A stretch of DNA of 64,000 nucleotides from Eledone cirrhosa (Eukaryota): assembly GCA_964016885.1 (NCBI GenBank), contig OZ024753.1, positions 21,886,001 through 21,950,000 of the forward strand, in the 5' to 3' direction. Shown piece by piece: positions 1 through 11,604 of the stretch (the first letter of the stretch is position 1; each line of letters begins with the position of its first letter). The notes under the pieces were generated by a model. It worked only from the letters and a program-made list of their open reading frames with translations. It was not told the origin of the DNA and did not search any database. Position numbers and translations under genes: made by a program.

Positions 1-192
1 TATATAACCGCTTAATTTCATGTTGTATTTTAACCTGTATTTTTGATTGTATCTTTTAATATGAATGTAATCTCTAAGTGTGTACTGCCACTCTAAATGT
101 TATAATGAATGTTGACCCACAATATTTGCATATGTATCTGTATGTCCCCTGGGTGAAAAGGAGGTCATATAAGTGTTCATTCAATAATAAAT

Positions 193-239
193 TGCTCCGA
201 AGAATCCAAACCTCGGTTTGGAGGAAACAGTTGTAAGCA
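193..239 (+). ncRNA. Degenerate type I hammerhead ribozyme (second family)
   Basis: Stem I TGCT(193-196)/AGCA(236-239); core CCGAAGA (197-203, one change from CUGANGA); stem II TCCAAAC-ctcg-GTTTGGA (205-222) with a mismatched A204/G223 closing pair; GAAA(224-227)-C-AGTT-G-TA, with the putative cleavage site after A235. It lies ~40 nt upstream of a (TA)n tract. Two deviations from the consensus suggest it is inactive. Confidence 0.55.
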
Positions 240-274
240 TAAAAATGTTTTGAACAGTTCTTTGATTATTATAA

Positions 275-277
<3 letters not shown>

Positions 278-312
<35 letters not shown>
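278..312. repeat. (TA)n microsatellite, left flank of the ribozyme element
   Basis: Perfect alternating AT run of ~35 bp. Confidence 0.97.
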
Positions 313-314
<2 letters not shown>

Positions 315-760
315 ATATGTGTTCCTTCACGCACAAGGCGCTAAGGTACGCATGTATTGTCCAACCAAATGCCAGTGTGGTTCAATGGCGGGTTAATAAA
401 TTAACGAGCCAGAACAAATATAAACAAGGTTTAGCAAATAATGAAAAAGTTTCAAAATAAATTTTAAAAAATTGACTTTACCTACTATAGTTACCTTTAC
501 CGATCGGTTTCGAATCCCAAAAATAAAACGGAGACCATACGGCCTTCGTTGCAAAGAAAGATTCTCGTCAGAAGGTTCTTTTCATTCAAAGAATATAAAA
601 TTCCTGAATTTAAATTACAGACTAGCGCTATCAAAACTGTTCCCGGGATGAGAGTGGATGATGTAGAAACAGGTTTATCAAGGGCCGAAGCACACTGGCA
701 TTTGGTTGGACAATACATGCGTACCTTAGCGCCTTGTGCGTGAAGGAACACATATCCTAT
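310..760. repeat. 70-bp perfect inverted repeat pair A (310-379) / A' (691-760)
   Basis: ATAGGATATGTGTTCC...GCCAGTGTG versus CACACTGGC...GGAACACATATCCTAT, compared base by base. Confidence 0.95.
493..576 (-). ncRNA. Type I hammerhead ribozyme, copy 1
   Basis: Reverse complement of 977-1060, with one change in the non-core stem II extension. Core CUGACGA...GAAA and the GUA site are intact. Confidence 0.85.
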
Positions 761-976
761 TACTACTACCTCCTCTAATGTTGAGAACAAATTTGGTCGT
801 TCTGACTGCTGCTAGCGATAGCTGTGGCTGGTTTAACCTACCTCCTTCTGCCTCTATCTTTGCTTCGGCCCTTGATAAACCTGTTTCTACATCATCCACT
901 CTCATCCCGGGAACAGTTTTGATAGCGCTAGTCTGTAATTTAAATTCAGGAATTTTATATTCTTTGAATGAAAAGA

Positions 977-1060
977 ACCTTCTGACGAGAATCTTTCTTT
1001 GCAACGAAGGCCGTATGGTCTCCGTTTTACTTTTGGGATTCGAAACCGATCGGTAAAGGT
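977..1060 (+). ncRNA. Type I hammerhead ribozyme, copy 2
   Basis: Stem I ACCTT(977-981)/AAGGT(1056-1060); core CTGACGA(982-988); stem II GAATCTT(989-995)/GGGATTC(1035-1041) with a G-C closing pair and an inner hairpin AACG-A-AGGCC-GTAT-GGTCT-C-CGTT; GAAA(1042-1045); palindromic short stem III ACCGATCGGT(1045-1054); GUA triplet with predicted cleavage after A1055. Confidence 0.88.
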
Positions 1061-1127
1061 AACTATAGTAGGTAAAGTCAATTTTTAAAAATTTATTTTG
1101 AAACTTTTTCATTATTTGCTAAACCTT

Positions 1128-1228
<101 letters not shown>

Positions 1229-1550
1229 TAACTCCAGAAAACCATTGCTGTGGAGTGCTTCTAATCTATTGTGAAACTTTATTCATTGAACCTTGTTTAA
1301 CCTTTAATTATATATATATATATAATATAAACCCATCCACCCATACAAATATATTTATTTATTGTATATTTAAATATTTGAGTATCATCTCCTTTATTCC
1401 TTCTGTAAACATCTATTTATCACATTCTCATTTATTTCCACCTCACCTTTCTCTTCTTCTTGCTTTCATTGTTTGGCTTCCCTTTCCTTTTCAAATAGAA
1501 TTCTGTGATTATTATTTTTTATTGAAAAATGTTAGCTGTTTCTCATCTAA

Positions 1551-2375
1551 ATTTAAACCATGCTATCTTCTACCATAAATAAGACGTTCAACTTTGATGT
1601 TATTCAGGGGAATAACTTTAAAAATAGATTTCCGAGTCCTTTTTAATGACAATATCTATTGTACAGTCGGAATAATAATATCCTCTCTAATTTCATGAAA
1701 ATATTCTTTTATCATTATGTTAAAGTACACATTTAAAGAGGTTTTTAGTTCTTTTGAAATACGAGATGATGTCTTATGTAAGGACACTAAAGTTGTATAT
1801 TTTCCAAGACTTTTATTCTGTGACATCATAACATTGAAAACTATCTTTAAATGATTTTTAATCTCCGAATGTTTTATTGCATGTCTTCTAAATGTCTTTT
1901 AACATCACACACACAAGGAGTGTCTCATCTCTGATAAAAGGAATAAAACTAAATTAGAAATGTCTTCATAGGAATATTGCCAGTGGGTTTCTATGCACTA
2001 TGGGAAGGATCTTATTTCTATGGATGTTTTCTTCTAGTTTTTCTTGTAAAAAGTTGATGGTAAATTGGTTCCGTCTCTTAACACTGAGTTCAATTTAAGC
2101 CGAACTTAAATTTACTTTTCCCCTTATGAGATTGCTTGCTAATATAAAATACCAGACAAATACACGGGGAAAGTATTTCAGAACTCCGGAATATGAAATA
2201 TCAAAGCAGGTTTTGTAGTTACTATATGCAAGATAGCGGATTGGCAGAGTTTTTAGAACGTCGGTTAGAATGCTTTGAGGTATTCGTTTCGGTTCTCTGC
2301 TGTCTGAGTTCAACATCTGTCTAGGTCAATCTTTATCGAGATCGATAAAAAAGTATCAGTTAAGAAACCTGGAAC
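1551..2375 (-). pseudogene. Possible heavily decayed Penelope-like RT/GIY-YIG ORF remnant
   Basis: Frameshifted minus-strand fragments fall in the order expected for a PLE: RFL.DTF (~2348-2370, cf. RYVDDTF), LTDVLKTLPIRYL (cf. FT.E...LPFLD), NQFTINFL (~2047-2070, cf. NGYP..FI), SFIPFIRD (~1927-1950, cf. IPY), LNVYFNI..KEYF..RILLFRLY..DIVIKKDSEI (~1628-1735, GIY-YIG-like) and HGLN (1551-1562). Each motif is weak on its own; judged by eye only. Confidence 0.3.
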
Positions 2376-2444
2376 GTGGTTTTCTCTATTTTATGTCAGG
2401 CGTCTTCAAAATTGATTTCACATTGATATAACCATTTGATCACA

Positions 2445-2835
2445 TACGAGGGTGCGCTGAAATGTTCATAGGCTGACTATGAAGGAGTGATGCTAGAGCT
2501 GTGAAATCAGGCATGCATTAATTTTAACTCTTCTTAATAATAACTGCATTGTTTCTTTCCAGGAACTATATTGAAAAATAAATCTCATTTAGTCACTCCA
2601 TGAGAGTATCTTGGTCAGCCTATGAACATTTCAACCGTCTGCCAGTATGAGTGAATGTGACGTGTAAATATGGTAATGGTATATGTTATATGATAAACTA
2701 TCTATAAATGGTGGCTAAAGAAGCAGAAGTATCATCTGAAGCAGCAGTCTCTGCACTAACAGTAATAACTCATTGATTGTTTCTTTCCATGAGAGTATCT
2801 TGCTCCCCCTATGAACCTTTCAGTCGACCTTCGTA
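2445..2835. mobile_element. Non-autonomous Tc1/mariner-like element (MITE-sized) with TA ends
   Basis: Left end TACGAGGGTGCGCTGAAATGTTCATAGG (2445-2472) matches the reverse complement of the right end CCTATGAACCTTTCAGTCGACCTTCGTA (2808-2835) at 23/28. TA at both ends. A TA-CGAGGG start is typical of many mariner TIRs. An additional internal right-TIR copy at 2614-2633 is a perfect 20-bp inverted match to 2458-2477. No transposase ORF. Confidence 0.75.
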
Positions 2836-3320
2836 AAGTAAAGCATGTACCATGACACCAAGTGGACTATACAACAGATTTTCTTTATGAATTTGAAATA
2901 TTATATGAAAGCTGAGGAAACTCTTCCAGATATACATAATTACATATACATATACATCATGTCTGGGCTAATGATTCGGGCGCGACATATCAAATAGTTT
3001 AATCGAGGGAAAGACTGGTAATGTATTGATTCAGCCAACTGTGGACTCAGAAATTAAGTGAAATATTTGTTTAATTGATTGGAAATCAAGCGTAGTGATG
3101 TTGGTTTAGAGTTATGAGATGAAACCTGATAATTTTCTTTCACGAGAGACTGATTTCATTTTAAAGATTAAATTACCTGAGTTTTCATGTTCAAAGTAGT
3201 CAGACTTCTGAATATTGTAGGAATATTATTAGACCGAAATGTTTCAAAGTAACCTGAAAACTTCTTTGCATAAAGTATAGAAAATTTGATTATGGTGTAA
3301 ATGAGGGTGGCACGATACCT

Positions 3321-3343
3321 GGGTGGGGTAGGGTGGGGTCGGG
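3321..3343 (+). other. G-quadruplex-forming motif
   Basis: GGGTGGGGTAGGGTGGGGTCGGG: five G-tracts of at least 3 with 1-2 nt loops. Motif only. Confidence 0.55.
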
Positions 3344-3507
3344 TTATGTTGATAAGGGATGGCAGAACCACGAATAAAAAATGACAGCAAGTTTCAATTA
3401 GAGATGATTTAGAAGTTAATTCAATCGTGTTATTTCTAATAAAAACGTTTGCTTAATCGACCATTGTCCGATAAAATGAGAAACGTTTGATGAAATAAAA
3501 AAAACAG

Positions 3508-3523
3508 CCCCCCCCCCCCCCCC
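3508..3523. repeat. Poly-C homopolymer (C16) in an A-rich low-complexity stretch
   Basis: Directly visible. Confidence 0.9.
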
Positions 3524-6500
3524 TCCAAAAAAAAGAAAACATAACAAAACATAAAAAGCCTAAAATGAAAGAAAAAAAATCTCAAGAAAGCTTTAGAAAA
3601 GATAACAAAACAAAATGAAACATTATGTTGAGTTTCTTGGGAGAAAACTGAGACGGCAGTCATTCATCCCCACCACGTCACATAAAACCGCTGCAAAGAA
3701 ACCTTTTTGTTTTTTACATTTGTTGGAGACCTCAGGTAACATGAAAATATGGGAAAGTGGGCCATATTTCGTAGAGCTAAAATGTCCGAGTGATTATGTT
3801 ACTAAACTACTTGATTCGAGAATATGAGCTGACATATGTTACTGGGGTTTTGTTGTCTCCGGTACAAACTTTCAACTTTTTATTGTACACATCAACTAAC
3901 TATCAATTATCGGTTTCATCTCTCTTGCGAATGAAGGTCTGGAGTTCTATCCCAGAGGAGATATTTTTTGTATTCATTTAATGCAAATTTTCACAACAAT
4001 CTGGTCAGTAGCAAAGATACTATAAACATTTGAATTCACAAATCGTTTTTAAGATGTTTTAACGACTAAAATGTTTAGGTTTAACAAATGTGGCCAGTGA
4101 TGGAAGATATGATGAATGTGGCCAGTGATGGAAAGTTTAATGAATGTGGCCAGTGATGGAAGGTTTAATAAATGTGGCCAGTGATGGAAGATTTAATGAG
4201 TGTGGCCAGTGATGGAAGATTTAATGAATGTGGCCAGTGATGGAAGGTTTAACAACTGTGGCCAGTAATGGAAGGTTTAACAACTGTGGCCAGTGATGGA
4301 AGGTTTAAAAAATGTGGCCAGTGATGGAAGGTTTAATGAATGTGGACAGTGATGGAAGATTTAATGAATGTGGCCAGTGATGGAAGGTTTAATGAATGTG
4401 GCCAGTGATGGAAGGTTTAACAACTGTGGCCAGTGATGGAAGGTTTAATAACTGTGGCCAGTGATGGAAGGTTTAACAAATGTGGCCAGTGATGGAAGGT
4501 TTAACAACTGTGGCCAGTGATGGAAGGTTTAATAACTGTGGCCAGTGATGGAAGGTTTAACAAATGTGGCCAGTGATGGAAGGTTTAACAAATGTGGCCA
4601 GTGATGGAAGGTTTAACAAATGTGGCCAGTGATGGAAGGTTTAACAAATGTGGCCAGTGATGGAAGGTTTAACAACTGTGGCCAGTGATGGAAGGTTTAA
4701 CAACTGTGGCCAGTGATGGAAGGTTTAACAAATGTGGCCAGTGATGGAAGGTTTAACAAATGTGGCCAGTGATGGAAGGTTTAATGAATGTGGCCAGTGA
4801 TGGAAGGTTTAATGAATGGGGTCAGTGATGGAAGGTTTAACAACTGTGGCCAGTCATGGAAGGTTTAACAAATGTGGCCAGTGGTGGAAGGTTTAACAAC
4901 TGTGGCCAGTGATGGAAGGTTTAACAACTGTGGCTTGTGATGGAAGGTTTAACAACTGTGGCCAGTGATGGAAGGTTTAATGAATGTGGCCAGTGATGGA
5001 AGGTTTAACAACTGTGGCCAGTGATGGAAGGTTTAACAAATGTGGCCAGTGATGGAAGGTTTAACAACTGTGGCCAGTGATGGAAGGTTTAACAACTGTG
5101 GCCAGTGGTGGAAGGTTTAATGAATGGGGTCAGTGATGGAAGGTTTAATGAATGGGGTCAGTGATGGAAGGTTTAACAACTGTGGCCAGTCATGGAAGGT
5201 TTAACAACTGTGGCCTGTGATGGAAGGTTTAACAAATGTGGCCAGTGGTGGAAGGTTTAATGAATGGGGTCAGTGATGGAAGGTTTAATGAATGGGGTCA
5301 GTGATGGAAGGTTTAACAACTGTGGCCAGTCATGGAAGGTTTAACAACTGTGGCCTGTGATGGAAGGTTTAACAAATGTGGCCAGTGATGGAAGGTTTAA
5401 TGAATGGGGTCAGTGATGGAAGGTTTAACAACTGTGGCCAGTCATGGAAGGTTTAACAAATGTGGCCAGTGGTGGAAGGTTTAACAAATGTGGCCAGTGG
5501 TGGAAGGTTTAACAACTGTGGCCAGTGATGGAAGGTTTAACAACTGTGGCCTGTGATGGAAGGTTTAACAAATGTGGCCAGTGATGGAAGGTTTAATGAA
5601 TGGGGTCAGTGATGGAAGGTTTAACAACTGTGGCTAGTGATGGAAGGTTTAACAAATGTGGCCAGTGATCGAAGGTTTAATGAGTGTGGCCAGTGATGGA
5701 AGGTTTAACAAATGTGGCCAGTGATGGAAGGTTTAACAAATTTGGCCAGTGATGGAAGGTTTAACAAATGTGGCCAGTGATGGAAGGTTTAACAACTGTG
5801 GCCTGTGATGGAAGGTTTAACAAATGTGGCCAGTGATCGAAGGTTTAACAAATGTGGCCAGTGATGGAAGGTTTAACAAATTTGGCCAGTGATGGAAGGT
5901 TTAACAAATGTGGCCAGTGATGGAAGGTTTAACAAATTTGGCCAGTGATGGAAGGTTTAACAAATGTGGCCAGTGATGGAAGGTTTAACAAATGTGGCCA
6001 GTGATGGAAGGTTTAACAAATGTGGCCAGTGATGGAAGGTTTAACAAATTTGGCCAGTGATGGAAGGTTTAACAAATGTGGCCAGTGATGGAAGGTTTAA
6101 CAAATGTGGCCAGTGATGGAAGGTTTAACAAATTTGGCCAGTGATGGAAGGTTTAACAAATGTGGCCAGTGATGGAAGGTTTAATGAATGGGGTCAGTGA
6201 TGGAAGGTTTAACAACTGTGGCTAGTGATGGAAGGTTTAACAAATGTGGCCAGTGATGGAAGGTTTAACAAATTTGGCCAGTGATGGAAGGTTTAACAAA
6301 TGTGGCCAGTGATGGAAGGTTTAACAAATTTGGCCAGTGATGGAAGGTTTAACAAATGTGGCCAGTGATGGAAGGTTTAACAAATGTGGCCAGTGATGGA
6401 AGGTTTAACAAATGTGGCCAGTGATGGAAGGTTTAACAAATGTGACCAGTGATAGAAGGTTTAACAAATGTGGCCAGTGATGGAAGGTTTAACAACTGTG

Positions 6501-9500
6501 GCCAGTGATGGAAGGTTTAACAAATGTGGCCAGTGATGGAAGTTTTAACAAATGTGGCCAGTGATGGAAGGTTTAATAAATGTGGCCAGTGATGGAAGAT
6601 TTAACAAATGTGGCCAGTGATGGAAGGTTTAATGAATGGGCCAGTGATGGAAGTTTTAACAAATGTGGCCAGTGATGGAAGTTTTAACAAATGTGCCCAG
6701 TGATGGAAGGTTTAACAAATGTGGCCAGTGATGGAAGTTTTAACAAATGTGGCCAGTGATGGAAGTTTTAACAAATGTGGCCAGTGATGGGAATGTTTAA
6801 CAAACGTGGCCAGTGATGGAAGGTTTAATGAATGTGGCCAGTGATGGAAGGTTTAACAAATGTGGCCAATGATGGAAGGTGTAACAAATGTGGCCAGTGA
6901 TGGAAGTTTTAACAAATGTGGCCAGTGATGGAAGGTTTAATAACTGTGGCCAGTGATGGAAGATTTAACAAATGTGGCCAGTGATGGAAGTTTTAACAGA
7001 TGTGGCCAGTGATGGAAGGTTTAATGAATGTGGCCAGTGGTGGAAGGTTTAACAAATGTGGCCAGTGATGGAAGGTTTAATGAATGGGGTCAGTGGTGGA
7101 AGGTTTAACAAATGTAGCCAGTGATGGAAGGTTTAACAAATGTGGCCAGTGGTGGAAGGTTTAACAAATGTGGCCAGTGATGGAAGGTTTAATGAATGGG
7201 GTCAGTGATGGAAGGTTTAACAAATGTGGCCAGTGATGGAAGGTTTAACAAATGTGGCCAGTGATGGAAGGTTTAATGAATGTGGCCAGTGATGGAAGGT
7301 TTAACAAATGTAGCCAGTGATGGAAGGTTTAACAAATGTGGCCAGTGGTGGAAGGTTTAACAAATGTGGCCAGTGATGGAAGGTTTAATGAATGGGGTCA
7401 GTGATGGAAGGTTTAACAAATGTGGCCAGTGATGGAAGGTTTAACAAATGTGGCCAGTGATGGAAGGTTTAACAAATGTAGCCAGTGATGGAAGTTTTAA
7501 CAAATGTGGCCAGTGGTGGAAGGTTTAACAAATGTGGCCAGTGATGGAAGGTTTAATGAATGGGGTCAGTGATGGAAGGTTTAACAACTGTGGCCAGTCA
7601 TGGAAGGTTTAACAAATGTGGCCAGTGATGGAAGGTTTAATGAATGTGGCCAGTGATGGAAGGTTTAACAACTGTGGCCAGTGATGGAAGGTTTAACAAA
7701 TGTGGCCAGTGATGGAAGGTTTAATGAATGTGGCCAGTGATGGAAGGTTTAACAACTGTGGCCAGTCATGGAAGGTTTAACAAATGTGGCCAGTGGTGGA
7801 AGGTTTAACAAATGTGGCCAGTGATGGAAGGTTTAACAAATGTGGCCAGTGATGGAAGGTTTAATGAATGTGGCCAGTGATGGAAGGTTTAAAAACTGTG
7901 GCCAGTAGTGGAACATATGCTGAATGTGGCCAGTGATGGAAGGTTTAACAAATGTGATCAGTGATGGAAGGTTTAACAAATGTAGCCAGTGATGGAAGGT
8001 TTAACAAATGTGGCCAGTGGTGGAAGGTTTAACAAATGTGGCCAGTGATGGAAGGTTTAATGAATGGGGTCAGTGATGGAAGGTTTAACAAATGTGGCCA
8101 GTGATGGAAGGTTTAACAAATGTGGCCAGTGATGGAAGGTTTAATGAATGTGGCCAGTGATGGAAGGTTTAACAAATGTAGCCAGTGATGGAAGGTTTAA
8201 CAAATGTGGCCAGTGGTGGAAGGTTTAACAAATGTGGCCAGTGATGGAAGGTTTAATGAATGGGGTCAGTGATGGAAGGTTTAACAAATGTGGCCAGTGA
8301 TGGAAGGTTTAACAAATGTGGCCAGTGATGGAAGGTTTAACAAATGTAGCCAGTGATGGAAGTTTTAACAAATGTGGCCAGTGGTGGAAGGTTTAACAAA
8401 TGTGGCCAGTGATGGAAGGTTTAATGAATGGGGTCAGTGATGGAAGGTTTAACAACTGTGGCCAGTGATGGAAGGTTTAACAAATGTGGCCAGTGGTGGA
8501 AGGTTTAACAAATGTGGCCAGTGATGGAAGGTTTAATGAATGGGGTCAGTGATGGAAGGTTTAACAAATGTGGCCAGTGATGGAAGGTTTACCAAATGTG
8601 GCCAGTGATGGAAGGTTTAACAAATGTAGCCAGTGATGGAAGTTTTAACAAATGTGGCCAGTGGTGGAAGGTTTAACAAATGTGGCCAGTGATGGAAGGT
8701 TTAATGAATGGGGTCAGTGATGGAAGGTTTAACAACTGTGGCCAGTCATGGAAGGTTTAACAAATGTGGCCAGTGATGGAAGGTTTAATGAATGTGGCCA
8801 GTGATGGAAGGTTTAACAACTGTGGCCAGTGATGGAAGGTTTAACAAATGTGGCCAGTGATGGAAGGTTTAATGAATGTGGCCAGTGATGGAAGGTTTAA
8901 CAACTGTGGCCAGTCATGGAAGGTTTAACAAATGTGGCCAGTGGTGGAAGGTTTAACAAATGTGGCCAGTGATGGAAGGTTTAACAAATGTGGCCAGTGA
9001 TGGAAGGTTTAATGAATGTGGCCAGTGATGGAAGGTTTAACAACTGTGGCCAGTAGTGGAACATATGCTGAATGTGGCCAGTGATGGAAGGTTTAACAAA
9101 TGTGATCAGTGATGGAAGGTTTAACAAATGTAGCCAGTGATGGAAGGTTTAACAAATGTGGCCAGTGGTGGAAGGTTTAACAAATGTGGCCAGTGATGGA
9201 AGGTTTAATGAATGGGGTCAGTGATGGAAGGTTTAACAAATGTGGCCAGTGATGGAAGGTTTAACAAATGTGGCCAGTGATGGAAGGTTTAACAAATGTA
9301 GCCAGTGATGGAAGTTTTAACAAATGTGGCCAGTGGTGGAAGGTTTAACAAATGTGGCCAGTGATGGAAGATTTAACAAATGTGGCCAGTGATGGAAGAT
9401 TTAACAAATGTGGCCAGTGATGGAAGGTTTAATGAATGTGGCTAGTGATGGAAGGTGTAACAAATGTGGCCAGTGATGGAAGGTTTAATGAATGGGGTCA

Positions 9501-11604
9501 GTGATGGAAGGTTTAACAACTGTGGCCAGTCATGGAAGGTTTAACAAATGTGGCCAGTGATGGAAGGTTTAATGAATGTGGCCAGTGATGGAAGGTTTAA
9601 CAACTGTGGCCAGTGATGGAAGGTTTAACAAATGTGGCCAGTGATCGAAGGTTTAATGAGTGTGGCCAGTGATGGAAGGTTTAACAAATGTGGCCAGTGA
9701 TGGAAGGTTTAACAAATGTGGCCAGTGATGGAAGGTTTAACAAATGTGGCCAGTGATGGAAGGTTTAACAAATGTGGCCAGTGATGGAAGGTTTAATGAA
9801 TGTGGCCAGTGATGGAAGGTTTAACAAATGTGGCCAGTGATGGAAGGTTTAATGAATGTGGCCAGTGATGGAAGGTTTAACAAATGTGGCCAGTGATGGA
9901 AGGTTTAATGAATGTGGCCAGTGATGGAAGGTTTAACAAATGTGGCCAGTGATGGAAGGTTTAATGAATGTGGCCAGTGATGGAAGGTTTAACAAATGTG
10001 GCCAGTGATGGAAGGTTTAATGAATGTGGCCAGTGATGGAAGGTTTAACAAATGTGGCCAGTGATGGAAGGTTTAATGAATGTGGCCAGTGATGGAAGGT
10101 TTAACAAATGTGGCCAGTGATGGAAGGTTTAATGAATGTGGCCAGTGATGGAAGGTTTAACAAATGTGGCCAGTGATGGAAGGTTTAATGAATGTGGCCA
10201 GTGATGGAAGGTTTAACAAATGTGGCCAGTGATCGAAGGTTTAATGAGTGTGGCCAGTGATGGAAGGTTTAACAAATGTGGCCAGTGATGGAAGGTTTAA
10301 CAAATGTGGCCAGTGATGGAAGGTTTAACAAATGTGGCCAGTGATGGAAGGTTTAACAAATGTGGCCAGTGATGGAAGGTTTAATGAATGTGGCCAGTGA
10401 TGGAAGGTTTAACAAATGTGGCCAGTGATGGAAGGTTTAATGAATGTGGCCAGTGATGGAAGGTTTAACAACTGTGGCCAGTAGTGGAACATATGCTGAA
10501 TGTGGCCAGTGATGGAAGGATTAATGAATGTGGCCAGTGATGGAAGGTTTAACAAATGTGGCCAGTGATGGAAGGTTTAATGAATGTGGCCAGTGATGGA
10601 AGGTTTAATGAATGTGGCCAGTGATGGAAGGTTTAACAAATGTGGCCAGTGATGGAAGATTTAACAAATGTTGCCAGTGGTGGAAGGTTTAACAAATGTG
10701 GCCAGTGATGGAAGGTTTAATAGCTGTGGCCAGTGATGGAAGATTTAAGAAATGTGGCCAGTGATGGAAGGTTTAATGAATGTGGCCAGTGATGGAAGGT
10801 TTAACAAATGTGGCCAGTGATGGAAGGTTTAACAAATTTGGCCAGTGATGGAAGGTTTAACAAATGTGGCCAGTGATGGAAGGTTTAATGAATGGGGTCA
10901 GTGATGGAAGGTTTAACAACTGTGGCCAGTGATGGAAGGTTTAACAAATGTGGCCAGTGATGGAAGGTTTAATGAATGGGGTCAGTGATGGAAGGTTTAA
11001 CAACTGTGGCCAGTGATGGAAGGTTTAACAAATGTGGCCAGTGATGGAAGGTTTAATGAATGGGGTCAGTGATGGAAGGTTTAACAACTGTGGCCAGTGA
11101 TGGAAGGTTTAACAAATGTGGCCAGTGATGGAAGGTTTAACAACTGTGGCCAGTGATGGAAGGTTTAACAAATGTGGCCAGTGATGGAAGGTTTAACAAC
11201 TGTGGCCAGTGATAGAAGGTTTAACAAATGTCGCCAGTGATGGAAGGTTTAACAAATGTGGCCAGTGATGGAAGGTTTAACAACTGTGGCCAGTGATGGA
11301 AGGTTTAACAACTGTGGCCAGTGATGGAAGGTTTAACAAATGTGCCCAGTGATGGAAGGTTTAACAAATGTGGCCAGTGCTGGAAGGTTTAACAAATGTG
11401 GCCAGTGATGGAAGGTTTAACAAATGTGACCAGTGATAGAAGGTTTAACAAATGTCGCCAGTGATGGAAGGTTTCACAAATGTCGCCAGTGATGGAAGGT
11501 TTAACAACTGTGGCCAGTGATGGAAGGTTTAACAAATGTGGCCAGTGATGGAAGTTTTAACAAATGTGGCCAGTGATGGAAGGTTTAATAAATGTGGCCA
11601 GTGA

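Noticed and set aside
497-1112. Four overlapping ORFs of 64-128 aa on both strands
   Set aside because: They mirror each other because of the inverted repeats, several cross the inversion junction, they show no recognisable domain, and one B mismatch (466) turns TTA into a TAA stop in the other copy.
1241-1290. Possible further hammerhead (CTGTGGA...GAAA)
   Set aside because: The core deviates from CUGANGA and no convincing stem I or stem III pairing could be built.
3168-3981. Four short ORFs of 63-75 aa
   Set aside because: Short, low complexity and lacking recognisable motifs; consistent with chance. A small exon cannot be excluded by eye.
4074-4085. Telomere-like TTTAGG at the array start
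   Set aside because: Single occurrence; the monomer contains no TTAGGG or TTAGG repeat.
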